NCBI GenBank assembly: GCA_910592345.1
Contig: CAJVPI010000275.1
Coordinates: forward strand, 1 to 37,124
Origin: Paraglomus brasilianum
Taxonomy: Eukaryota
Reading direction: 5' to 3'
Length of the DNA stretch: 37,124 nucleotides
Below are positions 10,124-22,707 of this stretch, in pieces (the first letter of the stretch is position 1; each line of letters opens with the position of its first letter). Below the pieces are notes generated by a model, which saw nothing but the letters and a program-made list of their open reading frames with translations, was not told the DNA's origin and searched no databases. A program made the translations under genes and the position numbers.

Positions 10124-11485
10124 GAAATTCACGCATTTGATTTCGATATCGCAAAGTTTTTCGTTGATCGGGAATAATAAACATTAGCGTACGGAGAAGA
10201 TAAAATTTTTGAAACCATATCTGATATCCTCCAAAATACAAAAATTAAGGGGCAGACCATAACACGAGACGAAGTCTAACAACCCGACAGGACGAAGCCA
10301 TCAAGTTGCATTATGGCAATAACATAAGTCTATTCAAAGACGCCCGAGGGAAGACGAAGTCCACTATCTCCTTGCCAAGACGAAGTCAGCAAGGTTACTC
10401 GGGGACTGTCAATACGTCACGTAATTGTCCCGGGACCGGAATGCATTCTAGTCCTTGAACCCACCCACAGCCCTCATACTTCAACAATCGATAATACTTG
10501 ACCTCGTAATTAATAAGACATCTTCGAGCATGATCCAGAGCACTCTTGTACAGTCGATGCTTTGTCGACTCCTCTTCGGGGCTGGAAATGAAAGTAGCGA
10601 CCAAGAGGAATTGTTCTTGAAAAACTCTCTTGCACTGACTGACATTGCGCGTTTTTTGTGATGTAGTCACATGCGTTTCATCGGTCACAGGATGCAATCT
10701 CCTCAGACATATTAATATGCCAGCCTGCTTTTAATGCCATATCAGATATAATCATTGTTCAGTAGTAATAGTTCTGAAACGCTGCGACGTTAACATACCT
10801 TCATTTTGCCTGGTTTTGTTTATCATATAATAAACCTACAACAATCTTTTCGCATAGTACGTGTTTTCAGTTGCATTGTAGTTCAAATTTTGTGAAATGC
10901 TGATTAATCGGCATGGCTATAAAACTCATAGACTATTTGGTAATTTGAATAAATAATAATATATTGTGAAGTAAACAGTGCGTTCAGCAAATTTTTGAAC
11001 CCCAAAAAATTCAAATTGCTAATGATTTCCATTCTTCTATTACTACAATCAGAAATGGTAGCGAACAGTTGTGGCTTGACAAATTACCCCTCTCCGATAG
11101 ACCATATTAATACAGCACTGGATGAAAAGATGTCGTGTACCACAGATCTGCAAGTACGCGTGGCTTATTGATAAACCTATAGGCGTAGAGTAAATATGAT
11201 AAGAACCCAGAGAAGGCAATTGATATCGTGTCGTTATCTCTTTCACAATTCTGTCGTTAAACATAAAGAATTTGTGATAACGAGTCCTTATCGATGGATC
11301 CACAATGTAAAAATAAGTTATGATATGCAAAACACTTGGCATACAATCGCCTCGATGTATAGCTAAAAAAAAGGTATGTTGGCTAAATAATGAAATTTAC
11401 TGTCGATGATAAGTCATCCGATAAATACCCCAGCATTTCGTTCCCCCCCCCCCCCCAAATTCGCATACTCTGCGTATTTCTCCTC

Positions 11486-12466
11486 ATGGCTCCAACAAGT
11501 CTACCGATAGACCTAATCCCTCTCATTCTCTCTCATATCTCATCTTCGCCATCTGCTCTACTTCCGTTGATGTTAACTAGCCGTACCTTTTGTAGTTTTG
11601 TAGCACCATTGCTTTATTCTAAACCGTTTCACGTATGCCACCCCAAGTCATATTCTCGACTCGTGCGCCTATATGTTAGTTACATCCCAGAATGTAATAC
11701 GCCGTTCCCATCGTTGGATAGACAACCATGGTGGATCGAAGCTGGACATTTTTATGACTATCCTGAATATTTACAAGCGCTATCAGATGAATTGGTATCT
11801 ACTGCTTGTAAAGCTTACTTGAAGGATGAAAATTATAGAACATTAAATACAAGAGGAGATAATTACAATAATCAAAATGTCAGCAGCGTCCAATTCAGAT
11901 TGATACGAATGTTACTACACAGAAGTACTCAATTACGGCATTTGGAATTGAGATGCCCGATACAATATTTGTCAAATACGCCGGGAGATGATATAGTCGA
12001 GGTAGCTGCACGTACCCAAAAAATGTTGAGTACTATTATCGTATGGGCTGATGATGAGAAGAACAACGAGATAAAATTGCGTAAAAGAGTAAATAATAGA
12101 GATAGTATGCGGAACGTACCCGGGTCGTTTTTTTATTTCCTTGCAGGCGATTCCAAAATTGCCTCTCTTGTCAGATCTCAGCTCAACCTCCATCGTTTCG
12201 TTCTTCACAACTGCGACATCGGATGCGGAGGCATCATGAGATCTCTCCTGCAGAGGAGTTCTCAATTAAATGAAATAGAGTTTTATGATTGTTATTTTGA
12301 TGACTGCGATCTTAACGCATGGTTAAGGAAATATCGTGGGTTCAGAGTTGATATGAGTGCGGGCAAAGACAAAGAAAGCAAAGAGAAAAAAGGGGCAAAC
12401 TTGAGCTCTTGTCTATCCATGCGGAAAATAAACGAAGGCATACAATGTGGGTTATGTGATAAGTAA
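11486..12466 (+). CDS. F-box protein with RNI/LRR-like C-terminus (single exon)
   Basis: Likely start at ATG 11486: MAPTSLPIDLIPLILSHI...LMLTSRTFCSFVAPLLYSKPF, then FYDYPEYLQAL, LRHLELRC and LNEIEFYDC. Confidence 0.75.
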   Translation: MAPTSLPIDLIPLILSHISSSPSALLPLMLTSRTFCSFVAPLLYSKPFHVCHPKSYSRLVRLYVSYIPECNTPFPSLDRQPWWIEAGHFYDYPEYLQALSDELVSTACKAYLKDENYRTLNTRGDNYNNQNVSSVQFRLIRMLLHRSTQLRHLELRCPIQYLSNTPGDDIVEVAARTQKMLSTIIVWADDEKNNEIKLRKRVNNRDSMRNVPGSFFYFLAGDSKIASLVRSQLNLHRFVLHNCDIGCGGIMRSLLQRSSQLNEIEFYDCYFDDCDLNAWLRKYRGFRVDMSAGKDKESKEKKGANLSSCLSMRKINEGIQCGLCDK

Positions 12467-13093
12467 TGATATTTTTGTATTAATAATAGAAGAGCACAAA
12501 GAGGGCTTTGACATGGTCTTTTGTATAAATAGAATTGACCTTCAATATGTGTAATTCATACCAATACAGTAAAATAGACAAGATGAACTCTTTAATTAAT
12601 AAAAGAGTTGATGGTAAACCACATATTTGTATACAGCACTTCGTTCTCTGTACAATGAATTGGTTTTGTCATGTGGTGTTTCCCTCATATCAACATGATA
12701 TGAAATTTGAAGCGTTCCAACCATATTTGGGTATATGCATAGAACTCTCTATCTTAGAACCGCCACGTGTCTTACACATAACAACGGCAGATCCCTTGGA
12801 GTTTTGCGTTCCTTTATTAGTACAGCAGATCCCTTGGGCGAAGTCGCAACAGGAATGAATAGCCCTCACGTCAGTCAAAAAATATCCAAATTTGCGTAGC
12901 AGCTGGTTGCACGTGTGATGTGAATAACGATCTTGGGATAGAACTGACATGAAATAGGCTAAATTTGTTTTCACAGAAAGAATTTGACATAAACAGTTAG
13001 TAACACAGTGGTCACACCAACGACTAATCGCCGTACCATAATTCAAAGACATTCATATTCCCCTTCCTTCACGCTTTTGACATCTACAAAATC

Positions 13094-16000
13094 ATGCCTT
13101 CTTCTCATTCACAAGATTTCTTCCGTCATTTCCTTATATTTCTGTTTTTCTTCTCTATACCAGTGTCTGCCTTCTATGTACCTGGTTTGAGTCCAAAAAC
13201 GTTTCATGATAGAGATGATGTTACGTTATATGTGAATAAAATATTCTCAGATAAAACTCAATTGCCCTTTGCTTATAATGATCTGCCTTTCGTCTGTGTG
13301 CCCGAGGATGGTGTTAAGAGTTCTTGGATGAACCTAGGAGAAGTCTTGAGAGGAGATCGGATAGCTAATTCTGTGTTTGAGGTAGGGCTAGCGTGTGAGT
13401 GAGGAAATTGTCGGTTAGAGGGATCGAGAACCCAGGTATAAAGTATTTTAAAAATTCCGTACAATGAATAAGTACATTGTTAAACTATTATATCTTACGT
13501 GCAGCTTAAAATGAAAGAAGACGTTGATTGCAAAATACTTTGCAAGAAAATAATAAAGGCAAAGGATGCCGCTTGGGCAAAACAATTAATAAAAAACGAC
13601 TATCGTATTGAATGGTAAAGAATCTCAGATTGAACATTTTTTTGCAAAACAGGCGCGTTATTTGGCTGCATACTGAAACCAACTTTTTGATCGTCTACTC
13701 CAATCAATTCCATTGTATACGCAAAAGGATTGTTGACAACCTACCTGGAGCAACTGCATATCAAACTCTCCCCGGAAAGAAGCAGAAACGATATGAAGTT
13801 GGATTCAAATTGGGTCAATTACAAGAGAAACAGGAATCAAAGAAAGATAGAAAGGCTTTTTTGAATAACCATTACGTATTGAAGATTTTCTATGAAAAGA
13901 AGGAACATGATGATGGGAATCTGATCGTAGGATTCGAGGTGTTCCCACGATCGTAAGTATGAGAGAAACTGAGAGGTAGTGGTAGAATAATAAAAAGAAG
14001 GAATAGGATTGCGTTTAAAGCTGGGACATTAGCAACTACATTTAGACTAAAGTGCTTATGTGAAATATATTTATCCACGCGTCATTTACCAATATGACTA
14101 ATATCGAATTCTATTTTATTCGCGACAAATTTTGCAGCATTGCAAATTCGGCCGACTTCTGTCCGAACTTGGATGGAAACGCCGCAAAACAAGAAATCGG
14201 GGCTGGTGAAAGCACTGTTACTTATAGTTACTCTGTCGAATGGATTGAGGTAACAGCTGATAATGCGTATATACAGTGAAATCCAGTTTAACAAAGTATT
14301 CCGTTTCGTTGGTTGATTTCCTTATCCATTTCGATGTTGCGAATGGCCTATGGGAAGAAACCTGTTTCGGAAAATATCTTTGTTAAACCGGATTTCACTA
14401 CGTCGTTTTATGGTAATATTAGACTGTCTAACGTTTATTTTATTTTATCAGGAAAAGGAAATCACGTGGGGGAATCGCTGGGATAGATACTTGCTGAATA
14501 CTGATGCTCAGATACACTGGTATTCAATCGTCAACTCTTTAATAATTGCACTATTCCTTACTGCAATGGTTGCGATTATCATGTTACGCACGCTCAACAG
14601 AGACATTGCTCTTTACAATGAGGAAGATTTAAAAGTATGTGTAACGAAAGGTTAATGATGTCAGAAACGCGTGTTATAATGTCTCTATTCAATTGACTAA
14701 TACGTTGATCACGCAGGAAGATCAAGAAGATACAACAGGATGGAAACTCGTTCATGGCGATGTGTTCAGACCACCAAAATTGGGAGTTTTATTAGCACCT
14801 CTACTTGGATCGGGTGTACAGATACTGCTTATGGGTGTCTCTACTATGGGTATGTCAATATTGAAGCTGCGAGTATTTAGAGTCGAATGCCATGTTGCTG
14901 GGAGACTTTTCAATACTTATGTTAATCCGCTATTTGCTCATATCTTTTTTAGTCTTCTCCATTCTGGGTGTACTAAATCCTTCATATAGAGGTGGTCTGG
15001 TCTCGTTTGCATTATTCTTATTTGTATTCTCTGGGTATGTGAAATTCTCAATATAGTCTGTTGTCGCACATACGTTGCGAAGATATATTAAACAATTTCT
15101 CAACGCATTGTAGTACGTTTGCTGGATATTTTAGTTCAAGAATGTACAAAGTATTCAAAGGCACTTCGTGGAAGAAAAATGCTGTTACCGTAAGCTATCT
15201 ATTGTATTTATTTCCTATACTTAACGTTACTTTGTAAACTATTATTTCACTCACAATGTTCTGTCTCTTCTCTTAATTCTTGTCAAAAGACTGCCATCTT
15301 GGTTCCCGGCTTTCTCTTTGGCACAATATTCATCCTTAACTTGTTTATCTGGTCCAAACACTCATCATCTGCTATTCCATTCGGCACATTCTTTGCTCTT
15401 ATTTCCATGTGGTTTGGTATCTCGTTTCCTTTGGTATTCATTGGAGCATACTTTGGTTTCAAAAAGAAAACAATAGAACATCCAGTGAGGACAAATCCTA
15501 TTCCAAGACAAATTCCCGAACAAGTTTGGTATCTACAGCCTTTTGTCAGGTAAGTTGGAATTCATACAAGTATGCGGAACAGAGGAGGAAAAAACTTGGG
15601 TTGGTAGACTGATAAACCTTGCTATGATCACTCTGTAGTGTTATCGTCGGTGGATTGATGCCATTTGCCGTGATCTTTATCGAACTATTTTTTATCCTCA
15701 AATCGATATGGCAAGATCAATTCTATTATATGTTTGGTTTTCTTGGACTGGTGTTCGTCATTCTTGTAACGACGGTTGTTGAGATTACGATCGTAATTAC
15801 ATACTTCCAACTGTGCGGCGAGGTAAATAACGGTAGCAATTCTGGGGTACCTTTTTGTAATAATGGTAACAAAATATTAACGTTTGTGCATAATTCCAAT
15901 TTCCTCCATTCAAATTTTGCAGGATTATCACTGGTGGTGGCGTTCCTTCTTTGTGGGTGGCAGCTCATCAATCTACATCTTTTTATATGGCATATTTTAT

Positions 16001-16249
16001 TACAACAAATTGCAAATCACAGGATTCGTACCATCACTATTGTACTTCATCAATAGTCTGTTAGCGTGTCTTGTGTACGGACTGTTTACTGGTACTTTAG
16101 GTTTCTTCAGCACGTATTGGTTTGTAAGGAAAATATATTCAGGTGAGCAATAAGGAAAGGGCGTGGGATGAACATGAGAGAATTCTGTAGTTGCTAAATG
16201 CGCAAATTCTAATAAGGTTTTTTATTATGTAGCTATCAAAGCTGACTAA
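13094..16249 (+). CDS. EMP70: Transmembrane 9 superfamily / endomembrane protein 70 (nonaspanin); 12 exons
   Basis: Signal peptide plus [59 protein letters not shown] and C-terminal IKAD* (KxD). Exons 13094-13381, 13505-13614, 13728-13952, 14138-14249, 14452-14634, 14717-14849, 14953-15034, 15114-15189, 15290-15549, 15639-15822, 15923-16142, 16233-16249; all GT-AG and in phase. Confidence 0.95.
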
Positions 16250-17324
16250 TAGGGTAGAATGGAGGATGAATGGAGAGAGTAGTGTCGGGTATGTGTTTTA
16301 CATAGATTGAGTTATGACAGAAGAAAATTGACGGGACGGGAAGTATTATTTAAAAGATGAATGAGGCATCTATATAGTTTATAACGCAAATATTATTACT
16401 TAATTCTGAAACTTAATTCTCAACCGAAACATTCTAAATCCCAAAGTGTCCTCGATTGATAATTGATTGACAAACGGCATCCGCAATCAGCTGTTCTGCT
16501 TCTCAATAAATTTTACAAGCACTGTATAGTGATAAACTTTGTTCTTCAACTGTCTGATCCACATTGGTTAAGATTTTATGTTTTTATTATATACTCATTG
16601 CCATCTCTATTATAAATGTTGAAATACTGTAGTGGTCCTTGTCGGTTTTCTTCCAAAACCATAAGCAAAGTGCACCCTACGTTGTAGAGTAAAAGCAGGT
16701 TCCTGGTAGTTAAATTTTCGCTTATCCATTTAACATCCACTCATGGAAAATTAAGTTCATGGTCTATAATAGCTTGTAAAGCTTGATACCTAGCATTGAA
16801 AACACATGGAATCACACAAATGCATGACCGCAGCCTCGCGAGGTTCACATTTATCGTTATGTATTATAATAAATTCCCCCAGACACGTGGCAAATGACAT
16901 ACTTAGTGTCGATTTTCAAGACCCATTGTTATACGTTTCGGAGGACAGGAGATACGCGCTTGGTCGTTCGAAAACCCGAAGTTCGCGTCCCAGTATTATT
17001 TCGTCGTACCACTTTCCCTGCCAAAAAATATGTAACGCGAGCAAAAAATCTAATTTTTGCGTCCTGGCTCCTTTTGTAGGCGGGCATATTTTGCACAATT
17101 TTCACTAACTCGCTATGTTTGATGGGATGTTTTTGGGATACGGTGACTTGAAAAATCATGTCTGGTGTGACGGATAAGTCTAGCCGCGCCGAAGTCTGAC
17201 GTGCCTGGCACAAAGTTTTCACAAACATCTTTAGACCAATTTATAAAACGCGTCATTTATGGTGTAAATTTAAGTCAAGCCGTTTTTTACATACAATAAT
17301 TTATTTCTATAGTAGTAGCGAAAT

Positions 17325-19790
17325 TTATTTCTCTAACTTTTTATAATCCAGATAGTTTATCACAGAGAATTCCCCCCATGAGTATATAACACCAATCGCA
17401 CAATACACCGATGTAAACATCAGGGATACAAAAGGATATCGGTCTTCAAGGTAAAGGGGATGAATTATTCCAGTAAAGATACATAATGGAATCATTCCCA
17501 AAAGATAAAACCTTTTTAATAGTTGAACTAGTTTTGGTTGGCCAACGTCAGATCTTAGTGTTTTGTACTGAAATCTTTCCAATGCGAGCAAATTCATTAA
17601 CAAGAGAGCATTCATCAAAATACATCCAGAATACTGTTGACGTATAACACTTACTCGCTAGATAATCCAAAGCCGACAAAGAACAACCAGATAATATATA
17701 AGAGTAGCTTGATTACAGATTCTGTAAAAATAAAGTTTTAATCCTCTACTCCGCTAAACTTAACAATTCGTGAATGCAATTATACTCACCTTGCCAATGA
17801 AATAGTAGCGGAAATAGAGAGTATAATCCTGCAACTGACAAAATCAAAAAGATATCAAAATACTCTTTTCTATTTCCCACAATCAGGCTACAATAGAAAT
17901 AACAAATGTTATTTACTTGTTCATTTAAATTACTGGTTGAGCAACTGTTGGCTGTAATCAACATACCTGAATGGTATCAATACCAGCAAAATTGCTTTTT
18001 CATGAACATGCCATCCAAAAAGAAATGATGCAAATCCACAAAGTATCAGTGATACTAAAAAGTTCTCGTAATTGGGTTGTTTCCATAATCTTACTAAAGA
18101 AGGCTGAACAAGGTTGTTAATACTTGTGGGAGACTTAATAATAATATTACCATATTAATTGTGAAGATACTCACAATCTGAAACGCGATTGTAGTAAAAA
18201 AAGTAATCCTTGGTGAAATGTTTGGTAAGATAGCAAAATTTGTATCCCCAACGAGTCCTCGTGTTACAGATGATACTGCTTCTTCATTCAAGTGCACTCC
18301 TAATCTTTTGGCACCTAGAATGATATTTAGTCGTCCGTAATGCGAACAAATATGATCATACTATATAATATGCAGTCAGTCTCCTTACAAAAAATTAAAA
18401 CGCGATCCATAAACGAATACAGTGCCCAGAAATTAGGTGCCCAGTATGCATGACAAAGTCCTCTTGTAAATGGAAAAAGTCGTGAAAGTATTTGGGAAAG
18501 CTGTCCAATAGGGTCCAATAGCAAGAATGGACCAAATGATATGGCAAACACTCCAGCAACTGATGCACCTAATGTTGCAAACCTTGCGAGGGAGAATTTT
18601 GAACAATCTGCATTGTGAGATCGTTAGTAAACTGTTCATAAAATCCTACTAATATTAATTAAACTCGTGCTAGTGTCACAAACTCTAAAAATGTATTGAT
18701 TAAACAACCTTCTAGTGTAGATGTCAAATAAACTTCGAATCACACTAATTAAAGTATGCAATATTTTAAACTTGTAGCATTTCTAAATTGCTAACATGTT
18801 GTTAGTTTACAATATACTATAAATATTCATAGTTGGACCATTCAAATACTGGGCTAACTTGGATATGCCATAATATAGAGTCGTTATATCAAACCACTTT
18901 CTAAAGAATGTGACACATCACAAAACTGTTGTTATCTTACCGTTTGTTACCTTCTCAAAACAATAAGCTCTCAGCAAATATACAAAGTAAGCTGGTGCAA
19001 GGTATAAATATATGTGTTTAAAGTTAAGAAGCATTGCAAATACGATGCCTGATGCCAGATCATTTTTCTGCGAGATTATATTAGTCAGAGTGGTAAAGTT
19101 AAAATTTCAAGAATACGATTGGAATTCATTTCTTCTAACCTGATGTATTAACACTATTGACAGGATAAGTATGCCGAACAAGAAACCGTTATATTGAAAA
19201 TGTATATGATCCACGATAAAGAATCCCGGATTCAGAAAGATTGAAAGAACAACAATTTTATGGATTGTATCATTCTTGACAGACAAGTATCTTCGGTTGG
19301 ATAAAGCATTAACATGCGGAGCTTTGCTTTGGATGTTACGGAACTGAGTACACAATCAGATAGATAACTGATTCATCCACTTACTTGAGGAGAGCATAGA
19401 ATAAGACCAACTCGCTCGCAATAACTGTTGTCCGTTGGTAATAGATCGTTTCATTGCTTGCATAATCTAGATTTGTCACTTTGAGCATCTCATTATCAGC
19501 TATTGGTGCAAACTGAGAAAGAGCCCATTCAAACCATGCAAAAAATGGGGGATAATCGAGCGTCCATTCACTAGTATTTTCATGATACCATTGTTCAACT
19601 GGCAAACTATGAGTAATGGCAAGCCAGTTTCTGTGTACTTCAAAGTCTGTTGAGTGACTGACAGAAATAGATAACAATATTGATAAAATAACGAGTATAG
19701 TGTATATTAATACTATAAGATCATCACTTACTATGCGGGAAAGAGAAGTACTTTTATTAATGTACTAAAGATTAAAAGGTTTTTCTTCAT
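17325..19790 (-). CDS. ALG8: Dolichyl-P-Glc:Glc1Man9GlcNAc2-PP-dolichol alpha-1,3-glucosyltransferase (multi-exon)
   Basis: ATG at 19790. [76 protein letters not shown] and [15 protein letters not shown] introns join in phase; stop at 17325. Confidence 0.95.
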
Positions 19791-21099
19791 GGTTGAAACG
19801 ATAAAAATGTTTAGAGTTTAACGATTGATTTCTATTTGTATCACTTGACGTTCATGCATGAATCGAATCCTTGTTAGACTACTATATCATCTAATGCTAG
19901 CTGACTATGATGTTCGTGAATAATTCAACCTTCTTGTGTTATTGGAATAAGCAACATACGAATGAGTGGAAATTTACAAATTATCCTAAAGCGCGTTATG
20001 GATGTGGCTATAAATAGATCGTCAGGTAAAAAATCAATAAAACAAGCATTGACACTACCTATAACGAAAAAAATCTCTAAAACCATTTGAATGAACTAGC
20101 TAAACCGCATAACACAAACTACAAGCTTTATCTTAGAGAATTTATTTTCATTGCTTATTCCTGTATGAATTCTTTGAAAGAAAGCGAGCATTGTCGCTAG
20201 AAACTTACGAACAGTTAGAGAAATTATGCGGATATAAAATTCGTATCAAAGGAGATAAGGACAAAATCTTCGATTCGTTGATTGGAAATGTTTCCGTAAT
20301 TCCTCGGCCGCTCTTTGAACGAGTATATATTTGAGCGATATGTAGACGATGAATTATACTACTGAGCATGGTATTTATTTATATTACTTAATATTGACAA
20401 TGAATGCATTCTTCAACAATGGAATTTTTGCGCTTCATTCATCGCGTCTGTTAGTTTTGAATACCAAATTTTGCACGAGCGTACGCATCTAATTGTTTGC
20501 TTTTGTTTTACGACACAATCCTGTTCTTGAGGGTTATTTTAATTGACAAAAGCAACTACGTTATGAGAAGACGTCTTTTCCTGCTTGATACATTGTTTCA
20601 GCTTCATTGATAGTAATTAGGAATGATAGCTTTGGTAAATGTTAATACCACAATAATAATAGAACGCAGACATTGTTACCAGTTAATAAATTAAAATCTT
20701 AAATTTGTCAAAGCAGCCAAATAGCTTTTTTTAATTGACATTTTAATTTGCCCAAAAATTCTTATCTTTTATATTGAGTGTAATTTTATTGTGCTGAATT
20801 TGATGAAAACCCTTCCAAGATAAAATTACAATGAAGAAGCCAAGAAAAAAAAAGAAAAAACACCATATGAAAAGGAGTAAGTAAATCATTCAATGTTAAA
20901 TATTATAACTATTATATATCAATAAATAGCATTGTAAACTTAAGATACTATTAAATATTAATATATCTGTTTTCAAAAATGCTTTGTCTGTAAGTTCAAA
21001 TTATATTATAATATATAATGCTTTATTTCAAAAGCCTACACAATAATAACAATAAATTCAGCTATTTATCACTGAGCCTTCAAGGGAATCTTCCAATGT

Positions 21100-22608
21100 C
21101 TAAACATCGTCACTACTTCTCCCATTATCTTCATCAGAATGGTCTAACAATGTTTCAATATCTGGTACACAGACAAACTGCTTAGATACCTGACCTAGGC
21201 AATATGCACCCTTCTTTGTTGGATCAAGTACCATAATGTTTTGTAGGAATGAACACTCTGTTCCAGAATAAACCTGTAGAGAATAAAATTTGAGACTCCA
21301 CAAATTTGATATTTGTAAGACAACGGTTAAATATACATACATCTAATTCAATGTTTCCTAACTTTAATTTTGTTTCTACAGACTTATAGACAACCAACTT
21401 CCCAACCATTCCTTCTAAATGCCGAGTTCCTTTTGAATCTTTTTGTTGGTTATCCGCTTTGTCATCCTTTCTAGACTCGGTATTCGCATTGGCTCTAAAT
21501 GCAGTTGATGCAGCAGATGCAGCAGATGCAGCAGCCTCAGCAACTGATTCAAATTCGGGTAGTATCGGAGGTAATTGAAACAAAAACAAATGATTATCCT
21601 GAATATCATTTAGAAATTAGATATTATAATCAAACCAAAAATCAACCATTGTCGTGACACATATAATTCTGCGTATTCTTACTTCCTCATTAAATGTAAA
21701 TGGTTCAACTCTTTCCATTTGTTGTTCCGCAAGAGATGCAGACGTGTCGTTATTCTCTAATGAATTAAGAGTCTCTGCCTGATCCGGTGCTTCAAATAGA
21801 GTAACAGGGGCCCAGGGGTCTTCGCAAAAAGAAAATGCTAAATTTTCCGCAATAACCACATCCGATTTCAGCCGATTATCCGAGAAGAGTCGGCTTCCAG
21901 TACGCGTCACGCTCTCGCCATCAACTTCAATGGCATGCGAAGACATAGCCGACGGTCCGTAAGCAAATGGCCCAGAGGCTGTGAGCACTTGATTTCGTAA
22001 TCGAGATCGCTGGTTCGGCCGGCTTGACGCTGTTTGTGCTGTGGTTCCCGTGTTTGACACATGAGCCTCTGTTGCACTTGATTCATCTTTTACAACTATA
22101 GCTTCAGAAGGCATATCTACAGAAAAACTTTCGGCAGTCTCAGCTTTAGAATCTCCATCTCCGGGCGCTGTTATTGTGGTTTTCTTCCGCCGGGGAGGAA
22201 CCGAAGGCCTAAACGTCATTTTCTTGAAGCCACCAAGAGTAACATCTCCGCCAAAACCTGTATTTGAAGAAAGCATGCCCATTCCGCTCAATTGTGATCC
22301 ATCCCCCTGTAAATAAAAGTGTCTTAATGATGTTAGCACGTAAGTAGACTGTAAAAAATAGGACATATCTAGCAACAAACCCCAAAGGTAACATCTCGAA
22401 GTCTCAGAGATGCAAGCCTTCCAGGTGCAGGCGCTTCGACTGTATTGTGGAGTGAGCCTAGTCTCCGACCTGCAGTCAACGGCGACAAATTACTTGAGGA
22501 TGCTGGAGGTGAAGCCTCGGCATTTGCTGAATTAGAAGGAGAGTTGGACCTCCCGCGCTGACTGTTACCACCGCGTCTAGGCGTCCGCGGGTTTCCACGA
22601 GTAGACAT
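21100..22608 (-). CDS. RPC53: RNA polymerase III subunit RPC4/C53 (4 exons)
   Basis: KKMTFRPSVPPRRK, TASGPFAYGP, LFLFQLPPILP, EGMVGKLVVYKS.ETKLKLGNIELDVYSGTECSFLQ...LGQVSKQFVCVPDIETLL (RPC4 C-terminal domain). Exon 1 is 22608-22381 and exon 2 starts at 22306. Confidence 0.9.
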
Positions 22609-22707
22609 CGAATAAACTGTGCAGGATCAGGGTTCAATCTAGTAATACATGTCACATGACAATCTTATTAAAAACACGTCGCGTTGAACTCGACTGGCTT
22701 GTAGAAA
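22609..22707. promoter_or_regulatory. ~100-bp bidirectional promoter between RPC53 and the augmin-7-like gene
   Basis: Divergent ATGs at 22608 (-) and 22708 (+); a central near-palindromic E-box-like GTCACATGAC at 22651-22660. Confidence 0.55.
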
